Virus record (IMG/VR): IMGVR_UViG_3300030060_005695
Origin: a virus
Reading direction: 5' to 3' (one strand)
Length of the DNA: 64,000 nucleotides
In this document: positions 1 to 9,912 of the stretch, one piece after another
How positions within the stretch are numbered: position 1 is the stretch's first letter
Layout: each line of letters starts with the position of its first letter
Position numbers and translations under genes: made by a program
The notes under the pieces: generated by a model
Database searches by the model: none
Told to the model about the DNA's origin: nothing
What the model saw: only the letters and a program-made list of their open reading frames with translations

Positions 1-435
1 TCTGTTTATCTCTTCGTAAACAGCTCTATTATTAAGTATATCGTCACTATTTTTTGCTACTTTAATTTTTCTTACTTTTGTTGGGTTTTTAGACCTATCT
101 TTGGTGTGGGTTTTTTTGAACACATTTTCTTCCCCTGCATTTTGTCTAATTTTTTTGGAACTATGAACACTATTACGTCTCCCATCTAACGAGTCATTTA
201 TAAAATCTAACATATCATCGCCCCCAACTACTTCATATTCATCCCCTTCTAAATCATTTTCTAATTCATGCTTAAATTTTTTAGCTTGTGGATACGTAAG
301 TTTACCGTCATTAACCATATTACTACAACGAGTATACCCTTTGTCTCCAGATTGTAATTTAGATAAACCAACCTTTAATAAATCTATTAAAGAATCAGGT
401 ATCACATAAACATCATTTTTTAAATCACTATTCAT
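1..435 (-). CDS. Hypothetical phage protein (partial, runs off window start)
   Basis: Read manually: ATG at 435 overlaps the stop of the 428..1261 ORF; MNSDLKNDVYVIPDSLIDLLKVGLSK..., no stop seen toward base 1. Not in the ORF track. Confidence 0.75.
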   Translation of the reverse strand, partial: MNSDLKNDVYVIPDSLIDLLKVGLSKLQSGDKGYTRCSNMVNDGKLTYPQAKKFKHELENDLEGDEYEVVGGDDMLDFINDSLDGRRNSVHSSKKIRQNAGEENVFKKTHTKDRSKNPTKVRKIKVAKNSDDILNNRAVYEEINR

Positions 436-1261
436 TACTACTTATCTTATTTAGTAATTCCTCAATAGAAACACCTTCAGTAGATGCAAGTCTAAGTAAC
501 TGTTTTATTTTTATGTCTAACATAGAATTTTTACCATTAGACAAACCCTTATCGTCTTCCCTATTAGATAATATAACTTCAATCATATTTTTAGCTTTAT
601 CTTCCGCTAATTTTTTAATTTTTTCTTTTTCAGTTAATCTTTGTTGTCCTTTTTTGTCCAATGATTTAGTTTTACCCATAGCTTCAGCTCTTTCTTTAGC
701 CTCATCATCCTCCATATCATGTTCTTTTTTAAAATATTCTATAGTCTCTTCAGCATTTTTAAATTCTGTATCTTCATAACCTAAAACTTCACTCATATCA
801 TGTTCACCTAACTCCTCAACAGACTCACCATAATATCTTTTAAAATAATGACCACCACCAGTCCATACACCTGCTTGACTGGTTCCTTTTACAGCATCAT
901 CAGTGGTTTTTCTCGCTCCTATAGTCTTATTGGTATCAGTCCCAGGTGGTATTTTACTACTCACCATTGAACCGTCAAAATCCACTAGTTCGGTAACTTC
1001 TTCCTCCGATGTATCTTCATTATCTAATTCATCATCTAAAATATCTTGTATTAATTTTAGGTGTTCTTCATCACTATTGGTTTTTGCTGCCTCATCTAAA
1101 CATACAGCTGTAAACCTATCGGATTTAGGTTCTATATTAAACTTAAACACCTCAGATAAAGTTAAAAATTTTAAGGGTGAAACACTTTTTCCTTTAGATA
1201 AGGACTCCCTTAAGACCTTTAATTCCTCGATAACATGATTAATTGCGTCAGTTCTTTTCAT
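428..1261 (-). CDS. Acidic/charged hypothetical late protein, possibly head-internal
   Basis: 277-aa E/K/D-rich ORF preceded by TATTTATA on the minus strand. Confidence 0.6.
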   Translation of the reverse strand: MKRTDAINHVIEELKVLRESLSKGKSVSPLKFLTLSEVFKFNIEPKSDRFTAVCLDEAAKTNSDEEHLKLIQDILDDELDNEDTSEEEVTELVDFDGSMVSSKIPPGTDTNKTIGARKTTDDAVKGTSQAGVWTGGGHYFKRYYGESVEELGEHDMSEVLGYEDTEFKNAEETIEYFKKEHDMEDDEAKERAEAMGKTKSLDKKGQQRLTEKEKIKKLAEDKAKNMIEVILSNREDDKGLSNGKNSMLDIKIKQLLRLASTEGVSIEELLNKISSNE

Positions 1262-1273
1262 TTTACTTTTATA

Positions 1274-1306
1274 TATAAATATCTAAACCAATCAAATAGT
1301 ATTTAT
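1274..1306. promoter_or_regulatory. Back-to-back putative late promoters (TATTTATA on - at 1274-1281; TATTTAT on + at 1300-1306)
   Basis: Same motif precedes about 16 genes in sense orientation; here two copies serve divergent genes. Confidence 0.65.
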
Positions 1307-1312
1307 TAATAC

Positions 1313-3973
1313 ATGGGAACACAAAATTTAAATAACTTTTACTTCAATAGATTGGACAGTAAACTTAATTATAGTGAGTATTATGATTTATTTTTAGCGT
1401 CCGATGAAAAAGATTTTAATACTCACGTAGTGTGGTCTAGTGGTATTACAGGATATAATGATGGTGACACACTTCCTGTATGGATTGATTTATCGGACCC
1501 TAACTGTGGTACACAACCAGGTACAACATGCATGTACCAATACCCTATGGGTACAGTATCAACTTATTATACTGATACAAATTATAGACCTTTTAGTATT
1601 CTAAGTAAAAATTACTGGTCTAAAGCAAAATCTTGTTGTGATTGTCCTTATAGTGGGGTCCCAGCAGGTCTTTATAGTGGTACTGGTTATTATGAAGTAT
1701 CAGATATTATATGGACAGGATTAGATAATGGTTTACTTAATTTATCAGAGATGGACCCTTATACAACACACCTAACCTTATACTGTGACAATAATGTTGC
1801 ATCACTCGACACTACTCTCTCGTTTGATAAAAGATTTAAAATGAATCAGGTTAAAGCCTTCGGTACCCAAATGGCAGGAACTCAATGGTACACAGACACC
1901 TCAATACTGAACGCGTCAGATTCATCAGGATACTATCAAGAATTAAGAGGTGGATTCTACCAAGGATTTTATAAGTTATATGGTTATCCTTATGAGGTAC
2001 TACCAACACGACCAAATAAAGGTTGGTCTTTTGAGACTTATTTAAAATTAACAACAATTACTGACAGTGTGTGTAATGGTTTTACTTCTCCTTGTTGTGG
2101 CACTCCTGTTGGGGACCAAGAAATTATATGTGGTAGTGATGGTAATTGTTATAATGCAAGTGGATGGAACCTATATCAATTTAAGAGTACAGCTACGACA
2201 TACAATTTTGGTAGTGCAACTACAGTGTGTAGTCCATTAGGTGGTAATGACATGCCAATGTATTTGTTAAATTATAGTTTAGCGGGGGTATTCGGTATGT
2301 CGGTTATGGACACGAATAATGGTGGATTCTTTTTCTATAAAGGAATAAGAGCAGAGGACAAATATCAACACAGAAATGGTTTATCTGCGGACTCACAACT
2401 TGATTACTTATCTGCATGTACCACCTTAACTGGTGTTACAGGGTGTTGTAATACAGAAGAAAAAGAGGTAAAACTAACCAACCAAAATAAGTCACCAAAC
2501 CCTAAATATGATGTATATAGTAACGCCTTTGGTGTTAGATTAACTGATGATATGAGATTGGGGTATAGAACGATTAGATATACTGGAGAGTGTGTAACCA
2601 CAGGTGAAACTTGTAATACTGGTAGTACTTTTAATTGTGATTATGTGATAGAAGAAAGTTATTCAGAACCAATATGTAATTTTATAATTGCAAGTGGTAA
2701 TTGTAAGGATACGTGGATACAAGTAGACGTTGTTTTTGATAGAAATTTATATCTGGAAGATTGTGAAATATTCAATAACGGTGGAATTAATGACCTAGTT
2801 AAAGTTAGGACTGATAAATTCCAAAGATACGGAACACATAAAGGAAGTTCTAGTCCCTACGGTTGTCACCCCACACCACCAATACCGGAGGATAATCCAT
2901 GTAAAGACCAATACCCAAGATTCATAGAAGATGCTTATTTTAATTTTGATTGTCATGGTGCACAAGTACAAAGTTGGTTTGGAGAAAGAGAATATAGATT
3001 AGGTACCCTAACTTTTTATGTTAATGGAAGAAGAGTTCATAAAGTTGAAAATTATGAAGAAATAATACCTAGACAATTAAATACCAATAGACAAACCCAG
3101 GTTGGTGTTGCTTATAATATGTCTTGGGGTGGTGGAACTTTTGGACTAAGGGAAAGTCTAATACAAAGAAACTTACCATTAACTGGTGACCAATGTACCA
3201 TAGATAATAGTACTACTTTTATAGATTTAAATTTAACAGGAGATAGACAATTATTAAGTGATAATTTTGCGGGGTCATTTGTTGGAGGTATATCACAAAT
3301 GATGTATTATATTAAACCGTTAACCCCGGATGAGATATACCATAATTTTACCATTAATAAAGACCGATATAATCTTATAGATTGTGAAGAATGTGAACAT
3401 TGTAATAATGGGTGTGTAGACTGTAGTCTACCATCAACAGATAGTAATGTAACTATAAACCCATCAACCTTTACATCAGAAGAATCATGTATAATAACAA
3501 ATAATACACCAGGAGATTGTGTAGGAAAAACATTTATAGGTTTGTATGACATAGACCCAGTTACTTGGGATTGGATTACTAACCCACTAACTTACTTCTC
3601 GGACGACCCAATGAATCAGAATACTCCTTTTGAAGATGTTTTTTGGGAACAGTACAACGATGACCTTTTAGATGGTTCAGCTATATCAGCTGCATGTTAT
3701 ACATCAAGTTGGTACGCTCCAGAAGGAAGGCCTTTTTGTACTGGTTTAATAAGTGGTGGAACTCATTGGATGTGGTACCTAGTTGGGGTATATGTAAAAT
3801 ATACTGGTACGATGTATCAGACTTTACCAGGAACGTCTACATGGTCGGATGTTATAGATTATTTTGTAAGTGCGGGAGCCCCAGTAACTAGTTCTATGAC
3901 TTTTAGTCAAATAAAAGCACTTCCAGGAGTCTATATTTATGCGTCTAATGGTAACCCATGTATTTGTAGTTAA
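1313..3973 (+). CDS. Cys-rich virion protein with LamG/concanavalin-A-like domain
   Basis: WIQVDVVFDR...LTFYVNGR...FAGSFVGGISQMMYYIKPLTPDEIYHNF follows the LamG-like pattern; many Cys clusters; late motif upstream. Confidence 0.65.
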   Translation: MGTQNLNNFYFNRLDSKLNYSEYYDLFLASDEKDFNTHVVWSSGITGYNDGDTLPVWIDLSDPNCGTQPGTTCMYQYPMGTVSTYYTDTNYRPFSILSKNYWSKAKSCCDCPYSGVPAGLYSGTGYYEVSDIIWTGLDNGLLNLSEMDPYTTHLTLYCDNNVASLDTTLSFDKRFKMNQVKAFGTQMAGTQWYTDTSILNASDSSGYYQELRGGFYQGFYKLYGYPYEVLPTRPNKGWSFETYLKLTTITDSVCNGFTSPCCGTPVGDQEIICGSDGNCYNASGWNLYQFKSTATTYNFGSATTVCSPLGGNDMPMYLLNYSLAGVFGMSVMDTNNGGFFFYKGIRAEDKYQHRNGLSADSQLDYLSACTTLTGVTGCCNTEEKEVKLTNQNKSPNPKYDVYSNAFGVRLTDDMRLGYRTIRYTGECVTTGETCNTGSTFNCDYVIEESYSEPICNFIIASGNCKDTWIQVDVVFDRNLYLEDCEIFNNGGINDLVKVRTDKFQRYGTHKGSSSPYGCHPTPPIPEDNPCKDQYPRFIEDAYFNFDCHGAQVQSWFGEREYRLGTLTFYVNGRRVHKVENYEEIIPRQLNTNRQTQVGVAYNMSWGGGTFGLRESLIQRNLPLTGDQCTIDNSTTFIDLNLTGDRQLLSDNFAGSFVGGISQMMYYIKPLTPDEIYHNFTINKDRYNLIDCEECEHCNNGCVDCSLPSTDSNVTINPSTFTSEESCIITNNTPGDCVGKTFIGLYDIDPVTWDWITNPLTYFSDDPMNQNTPFEDVFWEQYNDDLLDGSAISAACYTSSWYAPEGRPFCTGLISGGTHWMWYLVGVYVKYTGTMYQTLPGTSTWSDVIDYFVSAGAPVTSSMTFSQIKALPGVYIYASNGNPCICS

Positions 3974-3992
3974 TAATAAGTAATTTGTATGA

Positions 3993-4000
3993 TATTTATA
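3993..4000 (+). promoter_or_regulatory. Putative late promoter TATTTATA
   Basis: 14 nt upstream of ATG 4015. Confidence 0.6.
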
Positions 4001-4014
4001 ATAAAATAAAATAA

Positions 4015-4410
4015 ATGGAATTTTTTATTAGAAAAAACTCATTAGAACCAATACTAAAGATGCAAGTCGTACAAGATGGTAGAAACGACTTTAATAGTTT
4101 TCACGATAAACTAGCTAATTCTAGTATATATTTTTCTATGAAAGATGTTAAGACTGGAATTCCTAAAATATTAAATGCTGCGGCAAATATTGTCGCAAAA
4201 ACACCCACATCGGTTAATGCACCCACAGAATACTACATTTATTATAAATGGAAATCTAGAGATGTTAATAAAGTGGGTAGATTTGAAGGACAATTTATCA
4301 TATATTTTCATGAACAAAACTGTTCCGAATTAATTGTTCCTATCCGTGAAGATTTATTTATTAACATAACGGATTCTTTTGTTGGGGAACCTTGTACACC
4401 ACCTTGTTAA
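4015..4410 (+). CDS. BppU-like baseplate/fibre adaptor domain protein
   Basis: FFIRKNSLEPILKMQV...YKWKSRDVNKVGRFEGQFIIYF...LIVP resembles the BppU N-terminal Ig-like domain. Confidence 0.55.
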   Translation: MEFFIRKNSLEPILKMQVVQDGRNDFNSFHDKLANSSIYFSMKDVKTGIPKILNAAANIVAKTPTSVNAPTEYYIYYKWKSRDVNKVGRFEGQFIIYFHEQNCSELIVPIREDLFINITDSFVGEPCTPPC

Positions 4411-4414
4411 TTTA

Positions 4415-4445
4415 TTGATTACTTAAATTTCTTTACCTATCTTTG
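4415..4445 (+). promoter_or_regulatory. Bacteroidota-type housekeeping-sigma promoter (TTG-N20-TATCTTTG)
   Basis: TATCTTTG at 4438-4445 matches the -7 consensus TAnnTTTG; TTG at 4415-4417; lies just upstream of the DNA polymerase gene. Confidence 0.65.
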
Positions 4446-4456
4446 TATGTAATCAC

Positions 4457-7192
4457 ATGCAAGAATTAAACAAAGAAAATATGACAGAAAAAGCTACTCC
4501 GGAGGAGATAGAAGCGTTTTTACTTGGTAATGACCCGGAAAAGTATATTGTAGCCTTGGAATATGGGTGGAGAAGTAGTAAAATATATAAGATAAAAGAG
4601 TATCCTGATAGGGGTAAAGTTATTGAAACCGATACATTTATACCTTTTTGTTGGGTTGGTGATTTGAGTAAAAAGAATTTTTATAATGGTAGTAAACAAG
4701 CTCAAAAACAAGCGATATCTAAACACGGTATTTTAATAGAAAAATTACATAGTGGTGATGATGAAAGATTAAATAATGGTTTAACTTATTTAATTAAAAC
4801 AACAAAAACATATAGAGATTTAGTAAGTTTTTTTAGACAAGGTGGTATAAATCCTTGGGATAGTGACAATAGAGACGCAATTATGATTCTACCACCAATA
4901 GAACAATACTTGGTGCAAAAAGAAAAAAGGTTGTTTAAAGGTTTTGAGGAATATGACGACATACATAGATTTGTTTTTGACTTAGAGACTACAGCGTTAA
5001 ATCCAGAAGACGGTAGAATTTTTATGATTGGGATGAAAGATAATAGGGGGTTTGAAAAGGTTATAGAAATTGGTGAAAGTGAGACTGAAGAAGTTGAGGC
5101 TATATATGAATTTTTTGAAACTATAAATAACTTAAGACCAACAATCATAGGTGGGTACAACTCATCTAACTTCGACTGGAACTGGTTATTTAAAAGAGCA
5201 GAAATACTTCAGATGGATACCACACAATTTAAAACACTAAATCCTAATGAAGGATATAAAATTAATGATGGTGTTTTAAAATTAGGTGCAGAAATTGAGG
5301 ATTATAAACAAATAAAAATTTGGGGTTATAATTCTTTGGATATTGCACATGCTGTTAGGAGAGCACAAACAATTAATTCTGAAATAAAAAGTTGGGGATT
5401 AAAATATATAACACAATTTTCTAAATCAGAAAAACCTAATCGAGTTTATGTTCCTGGGGATAAAATCGCTTCTACGTATAGAGAGAATAAGGAGTTTTAT
5501 TTAAATGTTGAAAATGGAAAATATAAACCTGTTGGTGGGGAAGGGCTATTTGATATAGACAAGAAATTCCCAAAAGTATATAAAAAGGTTGGTGGTGCAG
5601 AAATAGTAGAACAGTACCTAATGGATGATTTATGGGAAACTATGGAAGTAGACGGACAATTTAATCAAGCATCATTTTTACTAGCAAGTATGGTACCAAC
5701 ATCATATGAAAGAGTGTCAACAATGGGTACAGCTACTTTATGGAAAATGTTAATGTTGGCGTGGTCTTATCACAAAGGATTAGCGGTACCATCAAAAGAC
5801 TCTAAAAGGCCTTTTGTAGGTGGACTTTCTAGACTTGTAAAAACAGGTTACTCCACTAATGTACTAAAGTTAGACTTTAGTTCACTTTACCCATCAATAC
5901 AATTGGTTCACAACGTGTTTCCAGAATGTGATATTACAGATGCTATGAAAGGTATGTTAAAGTATTTTAGAGATACTAGAATTATGTATAAAAACTTAGC
6001 CTCTGAATATTACAGTAAAGATAAAAAGAAATCGGAGTCTTATGGTAGAAAACAATTACCTATTAAAATTTTTATAAACTCTATGTTTGGTTCTTTGTCA
6101 GCACCACAAGTTTTTCCTTGGGGTGATATGAATATGGGTGAAAAAGTAACCTGTACAGCTAGACAATATCTAAGACAGATGGTTAGATTTTTTATGGATA
6201 AAGGTTATGACCCATTGGTGATGGATACGGATGGTGTTAACTTTTCTTGTCCTTTAGATGTGGAGGATAGGTCTTATGTTGGTTTAGGTAATAACGAATT
6301 AGTTAAAAAAGGTAAGGAATATAAGGGTAGTGAGGCTGATGTTGCTGAATATAACGATTTATTTATGAGAGGTGAGATGGGGTTAGATACAGATGGTCAA
6401 TGGCCTTCTTGTATTAATGTAGCTAGAAAAAATTATGCGTTATTAATGTCTAGTGGAAAAGTTAAATTAACTGGTAATTCTATTAAGTCTAAAAAAATAC
6501 AAGGATATCTAGAAGAGTTTATAGATAAAGGACTTAGAATGTTATTAGAAGGTAGAGGTGGTGATTTTGTAGAATATTATTATGAGTACTTACAAAAAAT
6601 CTACGATAGAGATATTTTACTTGCAAAAATAGCTAATAAGTCTAGAGTAAAACAAACTATAGAATCCTATAAAAAAAGATGTACACAAAGAACAAAAGCC
6701 GGAAATTTAATGGCTAGACAAGCACATATGGAGTTGGTTATAGCTAATAATTTACAAGTATCTTTAGGGGATACGATTTACTATGTGAATAATGGTAAAG
6801 CTATGTCACATGGTGATGTACAAAGAAAAAAGAAAAAGGATGGGACAGAAGAAATTGTTTTAAATTCCTATCTAATTTCCGAAAATGATTTAGAAAATGG
6901 TATGAAAGGTGAATACAATGTACCTAGATATATAAACACTTTTAATAAACGTGTAGAACCATTATTAGTTTGTTTTAAAAAAGAAGTGAGAGACAGTTTA
7001 TTAAAAAAGAAACCAGAAGATAGAGAATACTACACTAAAACTCAATGTACGTTAATTAATGGAGTACCTAGGAAAGAAAGTGACCAAGACTCATTAGAGG
7101 AAATATTAACATTATCACCAGAGGAAAAAGATTATTGGACAAAAATGAATCTGAGTGAAAACTATTTTATGGAAGAATTAGGAATTCTTTAG
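4457..7192 (+). CDS. polB: Family B DNA polymerase with 3'-5' exonuclease (T4 gp43-like)
   Basis: Exo motifs FDLETT, GYNSSNFDW, YLMDD; polymerase motifs DFSSLYPSI, KIFINSMFG, MDTDG. Confidence 0.95.
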   Translation: MQELNKENMTEKATPEEIEAFLLGNDPEKYIVALEYGWRSSKIYKIKEYPDRGKVIETDTFIPFCWVGDLSKKNFYNGSKQAQKQAISKHGILIEKLHSGDDERLNNGLTYLIKTTKTYRDLVSFFRQGGINPWDSDNRDAIMILPPIEQYLVQKEKRLFKGFEEYDDIHRFVFDLETTALNPEDGRIFMIGMKDNRGFEKVIEIGESETEEVEAIYEFFETINNLRPTIIGGYNSSNFDWNWLFKRAEILQMDTTQFKTLNPNEGYKINDGVLKLGAEIEDYKQIKIWGYNSLDIAHAVRRAQTINSEIKSWGLKYITQFSKSEKPNRVYVPGDKIASTYRENKEFYLNVENGKYKPVGGEGLFDIDKKFPKVYKKVGGAEIVEQYLMDDLWETMEVDGQFNQASFLLASMVPTSYERVSTMGTATLWKMLMLAWSYHKGLAVPSKDSKRPFVGGLSRLVKTGYSTNVLKLDFSSLYPSIQLVHNVFPECDITDAMKGMLKYFRDTRIMYKNLASEYYSKDKKKSESYGRKQLPIKIFINSMFGSLSAPQVFPWGDMNMGEKVTCTARQYLRQMVRFFMDKGYDPLVMDTDGVNFSCPLDVEDRSYVGLGNNELVKKGKEYKGSEADVAEYNDLFMRGEMGLDTDGQWPSCINVARKNYALLMSSGKVKLTGNSIKSKKIQGYLEEFIDKGLRMLLEGRGGDFVEYYYEYLQKIYDRDILLAKIANKSRVKQTIESYKKRCTQRTKAGNLMARQAHMELVIANNLQVSLGDTIYYVNNGKAMSHGDVQRKKKKDGTEEIVLNSYLISENDLENGMKGEYNVPRYINTFNKRVEPLLVCFKKEVRDSLLKKKPEDREYYTKTQCTLINGVPRKESDQDSLEEILTLSPEEKDYWTKMNLSENYFMEELGIL

Positions 7193-8239
7193 ACCATCAG
7201 AACTAACTATCACCCAAGAGGATAAGTCTTCAACATAAGAAAATTCAACACAACTATCACCATCTAAATGTAGTGACTCCCATTTCATATCTATTAAACC
7301 ATTATCTGGAATCACCTCAACAGAAGACAAAGATTTTATTTTTAATTTTTTATCTTTTTTAGAGTTTAAAGTTATTTTACAACTTTCAGTAACAACTAAT
7401 AAATCTTCTCCATTACTAATATAATCTTTATTAATTACTTTTGTTGTGGTATCGGTTTCTACTGTTGGGTCTATGTATAAGTTCATACCGTCTTTATACA
7501 ATCCTTGTAATAGGTTTAAAAGAGCAACCGATAATAGCTTGTATTGAATGTTGTCCGGTCTACCTTTACCATCGTATATAACCAATTCTCTAAATCCTAA
7601 AGCATCCAGTTCTTCAGCTATTAAACCAAAACCATCAGCACCAGTTTCTATATATTTAAAAAAATATGTATTTAAATCTAATAATTTTTTATACCTTTCA
7701 GTTCCGATAGCTCTTAATGATGTTTTGTATCTTCTAGAAGAAGAAGAACCTCTAACGACATTTCCAGATTCGTCTATTTGTAAATCCACATTTCCACTAG
7801 TAACGGTATCTAATAATAGACCTAAATTACCTATTTGTAGTGTACTCGCACTTATACCTGGATTTGTTGACAAACTACTGTTAGTACCACTTAATGGTGG
7901 TGTTGGTAATTTTCCTATGGCTACTACTGGTGTATATCCAGTTATAGCTGAAAATGGTGTGACAGTTACCATGGACGAACCCGAAGTTGCAGAATAGGGT
8001 GCAACCATAAATGTATATCCTGTGGTAGAAGCGGTATAATTACAAGCACCACAAAGTTCGGTCCAGTCCTTACATTTATAGGCCATAAAATCACCACAAC
8101 CTGTGAGACCTGCACCTACTGTACAAGCTGAACCAATATCCACTGTTTGTTCAAAAGTAGACGAACCAGAAAACACACCAACTGTGTCTCCACTTTGTTT
8201 TAGTTGTCTGCTATAATCTACTTTAGTATAAAATCCCAT
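7178..8239 (-). CDS. Fibre/spike-like protein with internal peptidase S74 (intramolecular chaperone) domain
   Basis: SSRRYKTSL...LLDLNTYFFKY...GFGLIAEEL...ELV...IQYKLLSVALLNLLQ follows the S74 pattern; S/T/G-rich N-terminus. Confidence 0.7.
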   Translation of the reverse strand: MGFYTKVDYSRQLKQSGDTVGVFSGSSTFEQTVDIGSACTVGAGLTGCGDFMAYKCKDWTELCGACNYTASTTGYTFMVAPYSATSGSSMVTVTPFSAITGYTPVVAIGKLPTPPLSGTNSSLSTNPGISASTLQIGNLGLLLDTVTSGNVDLQIDESGNVVRGSSSSRRYKTSLRAIGTERYKKLLDLNTYFFKYIETGADGFGLIAEELDALGFRELVIYDGKGRPDNIQYKLLSVALLNLLQGLYKDGMNLYIDPTVETDTTTKVINKDYISNGEDLLVVTESCKITLNSKKDKKLKIKSLSSVEVIPDNGLIDMKWESLHLDGDSCVEFSYVEDLSSWVIVSSDGLKNS

Positions 8240-8240
8240 G

Positions 8241-9377
8241 TTATATTACAAATATAGAACCAGGATTCATTGGTCGATACCCTAGTGATTTATTTAAATT
8301 TTCAGCTTCCATAGCCTTTCTTTCTAACATTTTATCGTTACGAAGTCTTTCTAATCTTGCCATCAATTCTTCTACTAATTTTGCGATTTCATCTTTAGAT
8401 TCACTAAGTAGGTCTGAATATTCCATGGTTAATTCAGAGTCTGGTGTTTTAAGGTTACCACTAAATTTACCTCTAACCCTACCTAACATTTCTTTTGCTT
8501 TAGCAAAAAAGTAACGTCTTACCCATGCTTGAGCTGGTGGGTTAAGTTCTGTAAAGGTCATTTCGTCTAAAGTTACATCACTAGGTAATAATACAATATC
8601 TTTATTTGCGGCCAAACACTCATCCCTGTTTTCAGGGCCAGAATCATAATACCAATACCATACTCTATGTTGGTTACTCATAATACTACCGAAATCAAAT
8701 CTTCCACCAGGTACATTATATAAATGAACATATTTAGGTCCATGTACCCCACCTGCACCAGCAGTAATTCTATAAGTCATTTCACCACCAATAAGCCTAT
8801 TTTTAAGATTCCTATCCTGCATCCTTAAAAGAATATCAAAAGCCGGCATTAAAAAATAAGACCCCTGAATACCCATCTGAGCAAATCCACCTGGACCACC
8901 AAGACCCATACCACCACCAAAACCACCAAAAGCTCCTAAGAATGGGTCAATAAAAGACTCGTTCAGTTCCGCTCTACTATACCACATAATTTCGTTAATT
9001 TCTCTTCCAGCTGGGATTTCATATATTTGAGTGTCCGCACTTAGATTAAAGTAGTCTTGTTTTAGTTGGTACGGACCTCCAGCTTGTAAACCGACTATTT
9101 TAGAATAAGCGTAGGTAAATGATGTTTCAAAACTTAGGTCCCTAGTTAAGAAAGCACTAGTTAATGATATAACATCCAAGTCCTGACCATATAATGATGA
9201 CCACTGATTTTCGATTAACCAATCCTGTACATACTGACCATAATCAAGTATTGCCAATTCAATAGCAGTATCCAACATTTCATCTTCAAGTTCAACACCC
9301 CTAATAGGTGCACCTAACATGTGTCTTATTTGGTTAAATAGTTTTTCTCTTTTTGCTGGTTCAATTGTTGCTGGCAT
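8241..9377 (-). CDS. Neck/head-completion protein (T4 gp13-like)
   Basis: N-terminal LGAPIRGVELEDEMLDTAIELAI and C-terminal WVRRYFFAKAKEMLGRVRGKF resemble gp13-type neck proteins. Confidence 0.7.
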   Translation of the reverse strand: MPATIEPAKREKLFNQIRHMLGAPIRGVELEDEMLDTAIELAILDYGQYVQDWLIENQWSSLYGQDLDVISLTSAFLTRDLSFETSFTYAYSKIVGLQAGGPYQLKQDYFNLSADTQIYEIPAGREINEIMWYSRAELNESFIDPFLGAFGGFGGGMGLGGPGGFAQMGIQGSYFLMPAFDILLRMQDRNLKNRLIGGEMTYRITAGAGGVHGPKYVHLYNVPGGRFDFGSIMSNQHRVWYWYYDSGPENRDECLAANKDIVLLPSDVTLDEMTFTELNPPAQAWVRRYFFAKAKEMLGRVRGKFSGNLKTPDSELTMEYSDLLSESKDEIAKLVEELMARLERLRNDKMLERKAMEAENLNKSLGYRPMNPGSIFVI

Positions 9378-9392
9378 AATATATCCTTTCTA

Positions 9393-9400
9393 TATAAATA
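9393..9400 (-). promoter_or_regulatory. Putative late promoter TATTTATA
   Basis: 15 nt upstream of ATG 9377. Confidence 0.6.
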
Positions 9401-9416
9401 CTTAGAAGTTGGCATT

Positions 9417-9440
9417 AAAAAAGGTCCCGTAAGGACCTTT
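9417..9440 (-). terminator. Rho-independent terminator
   Basis: AAGGTCC/GGACCTT stem with 5-nt loop and a U-tract on the minus strand, downstream of 9463..9873. Confidence 0.7.
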
Positions 9441-9462
9441 CATAAAATATGTGTTTAAATAA

Positions 9463-9873
9463 TTACTTTTGTTCTTTAATTACTCTTTCTACAATTCTTT
9501 TAAGTGTACCTTGGTTAATCTTAACAACCTTACCTTCTCTTACACCTTGTAAAGCATTATACATTTTTCCATGACCTTCAGATTGTTCATTTTTCTTTTC
9601 CACTTCAGAATCTTTTTCTTTTTCTTTTTCACTCATCTCCGTATCCACCATATCCTCATAGATGTCCTCAATATGTCTTGCAGCTGTCTTAATCTTTTTT
9701 AAATCACTAAAACTAAGTGTAGCATCTCCCGCTTTATGACCAACTAACAAAGACTTAAGACTTTTTAAAGCTTTATAAGCTTTTTTTAATTCTGATTTAA
9801 TGTCAGCTTTAGATTCAGTTAAAGTTGTTAACTGTTTTTTAAGTTGTTTTTTCGTGAATTCTTTTTTATCCAT
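9463..9873 (-). CDS. Small charged late protein, putative head-internal protein
   Basis: 136 aa, K/E-rich, C-terminal KVVKINQGTLKRIVERVIKEQ motif; TATTTATA at 9888-9895. Confidence 0.55.
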   Translation of the reverse strand: MDKKEFTKKQLKKQLTTLTESKADIKSELKKAYKALKSLKSLLVGHKAGDATLSFSDLKKIKTAARHIEDIYEDMVDTEMSEKEKEKDSEVEKKNEQSEGHGKMYNALQGVREGKVVKINQGTLKRIVERVIKEQK

Positions 9874-9912
9874 AACAATTGTTTCTATATAAATATAAGG
9901 AAAAGTTGGTTT

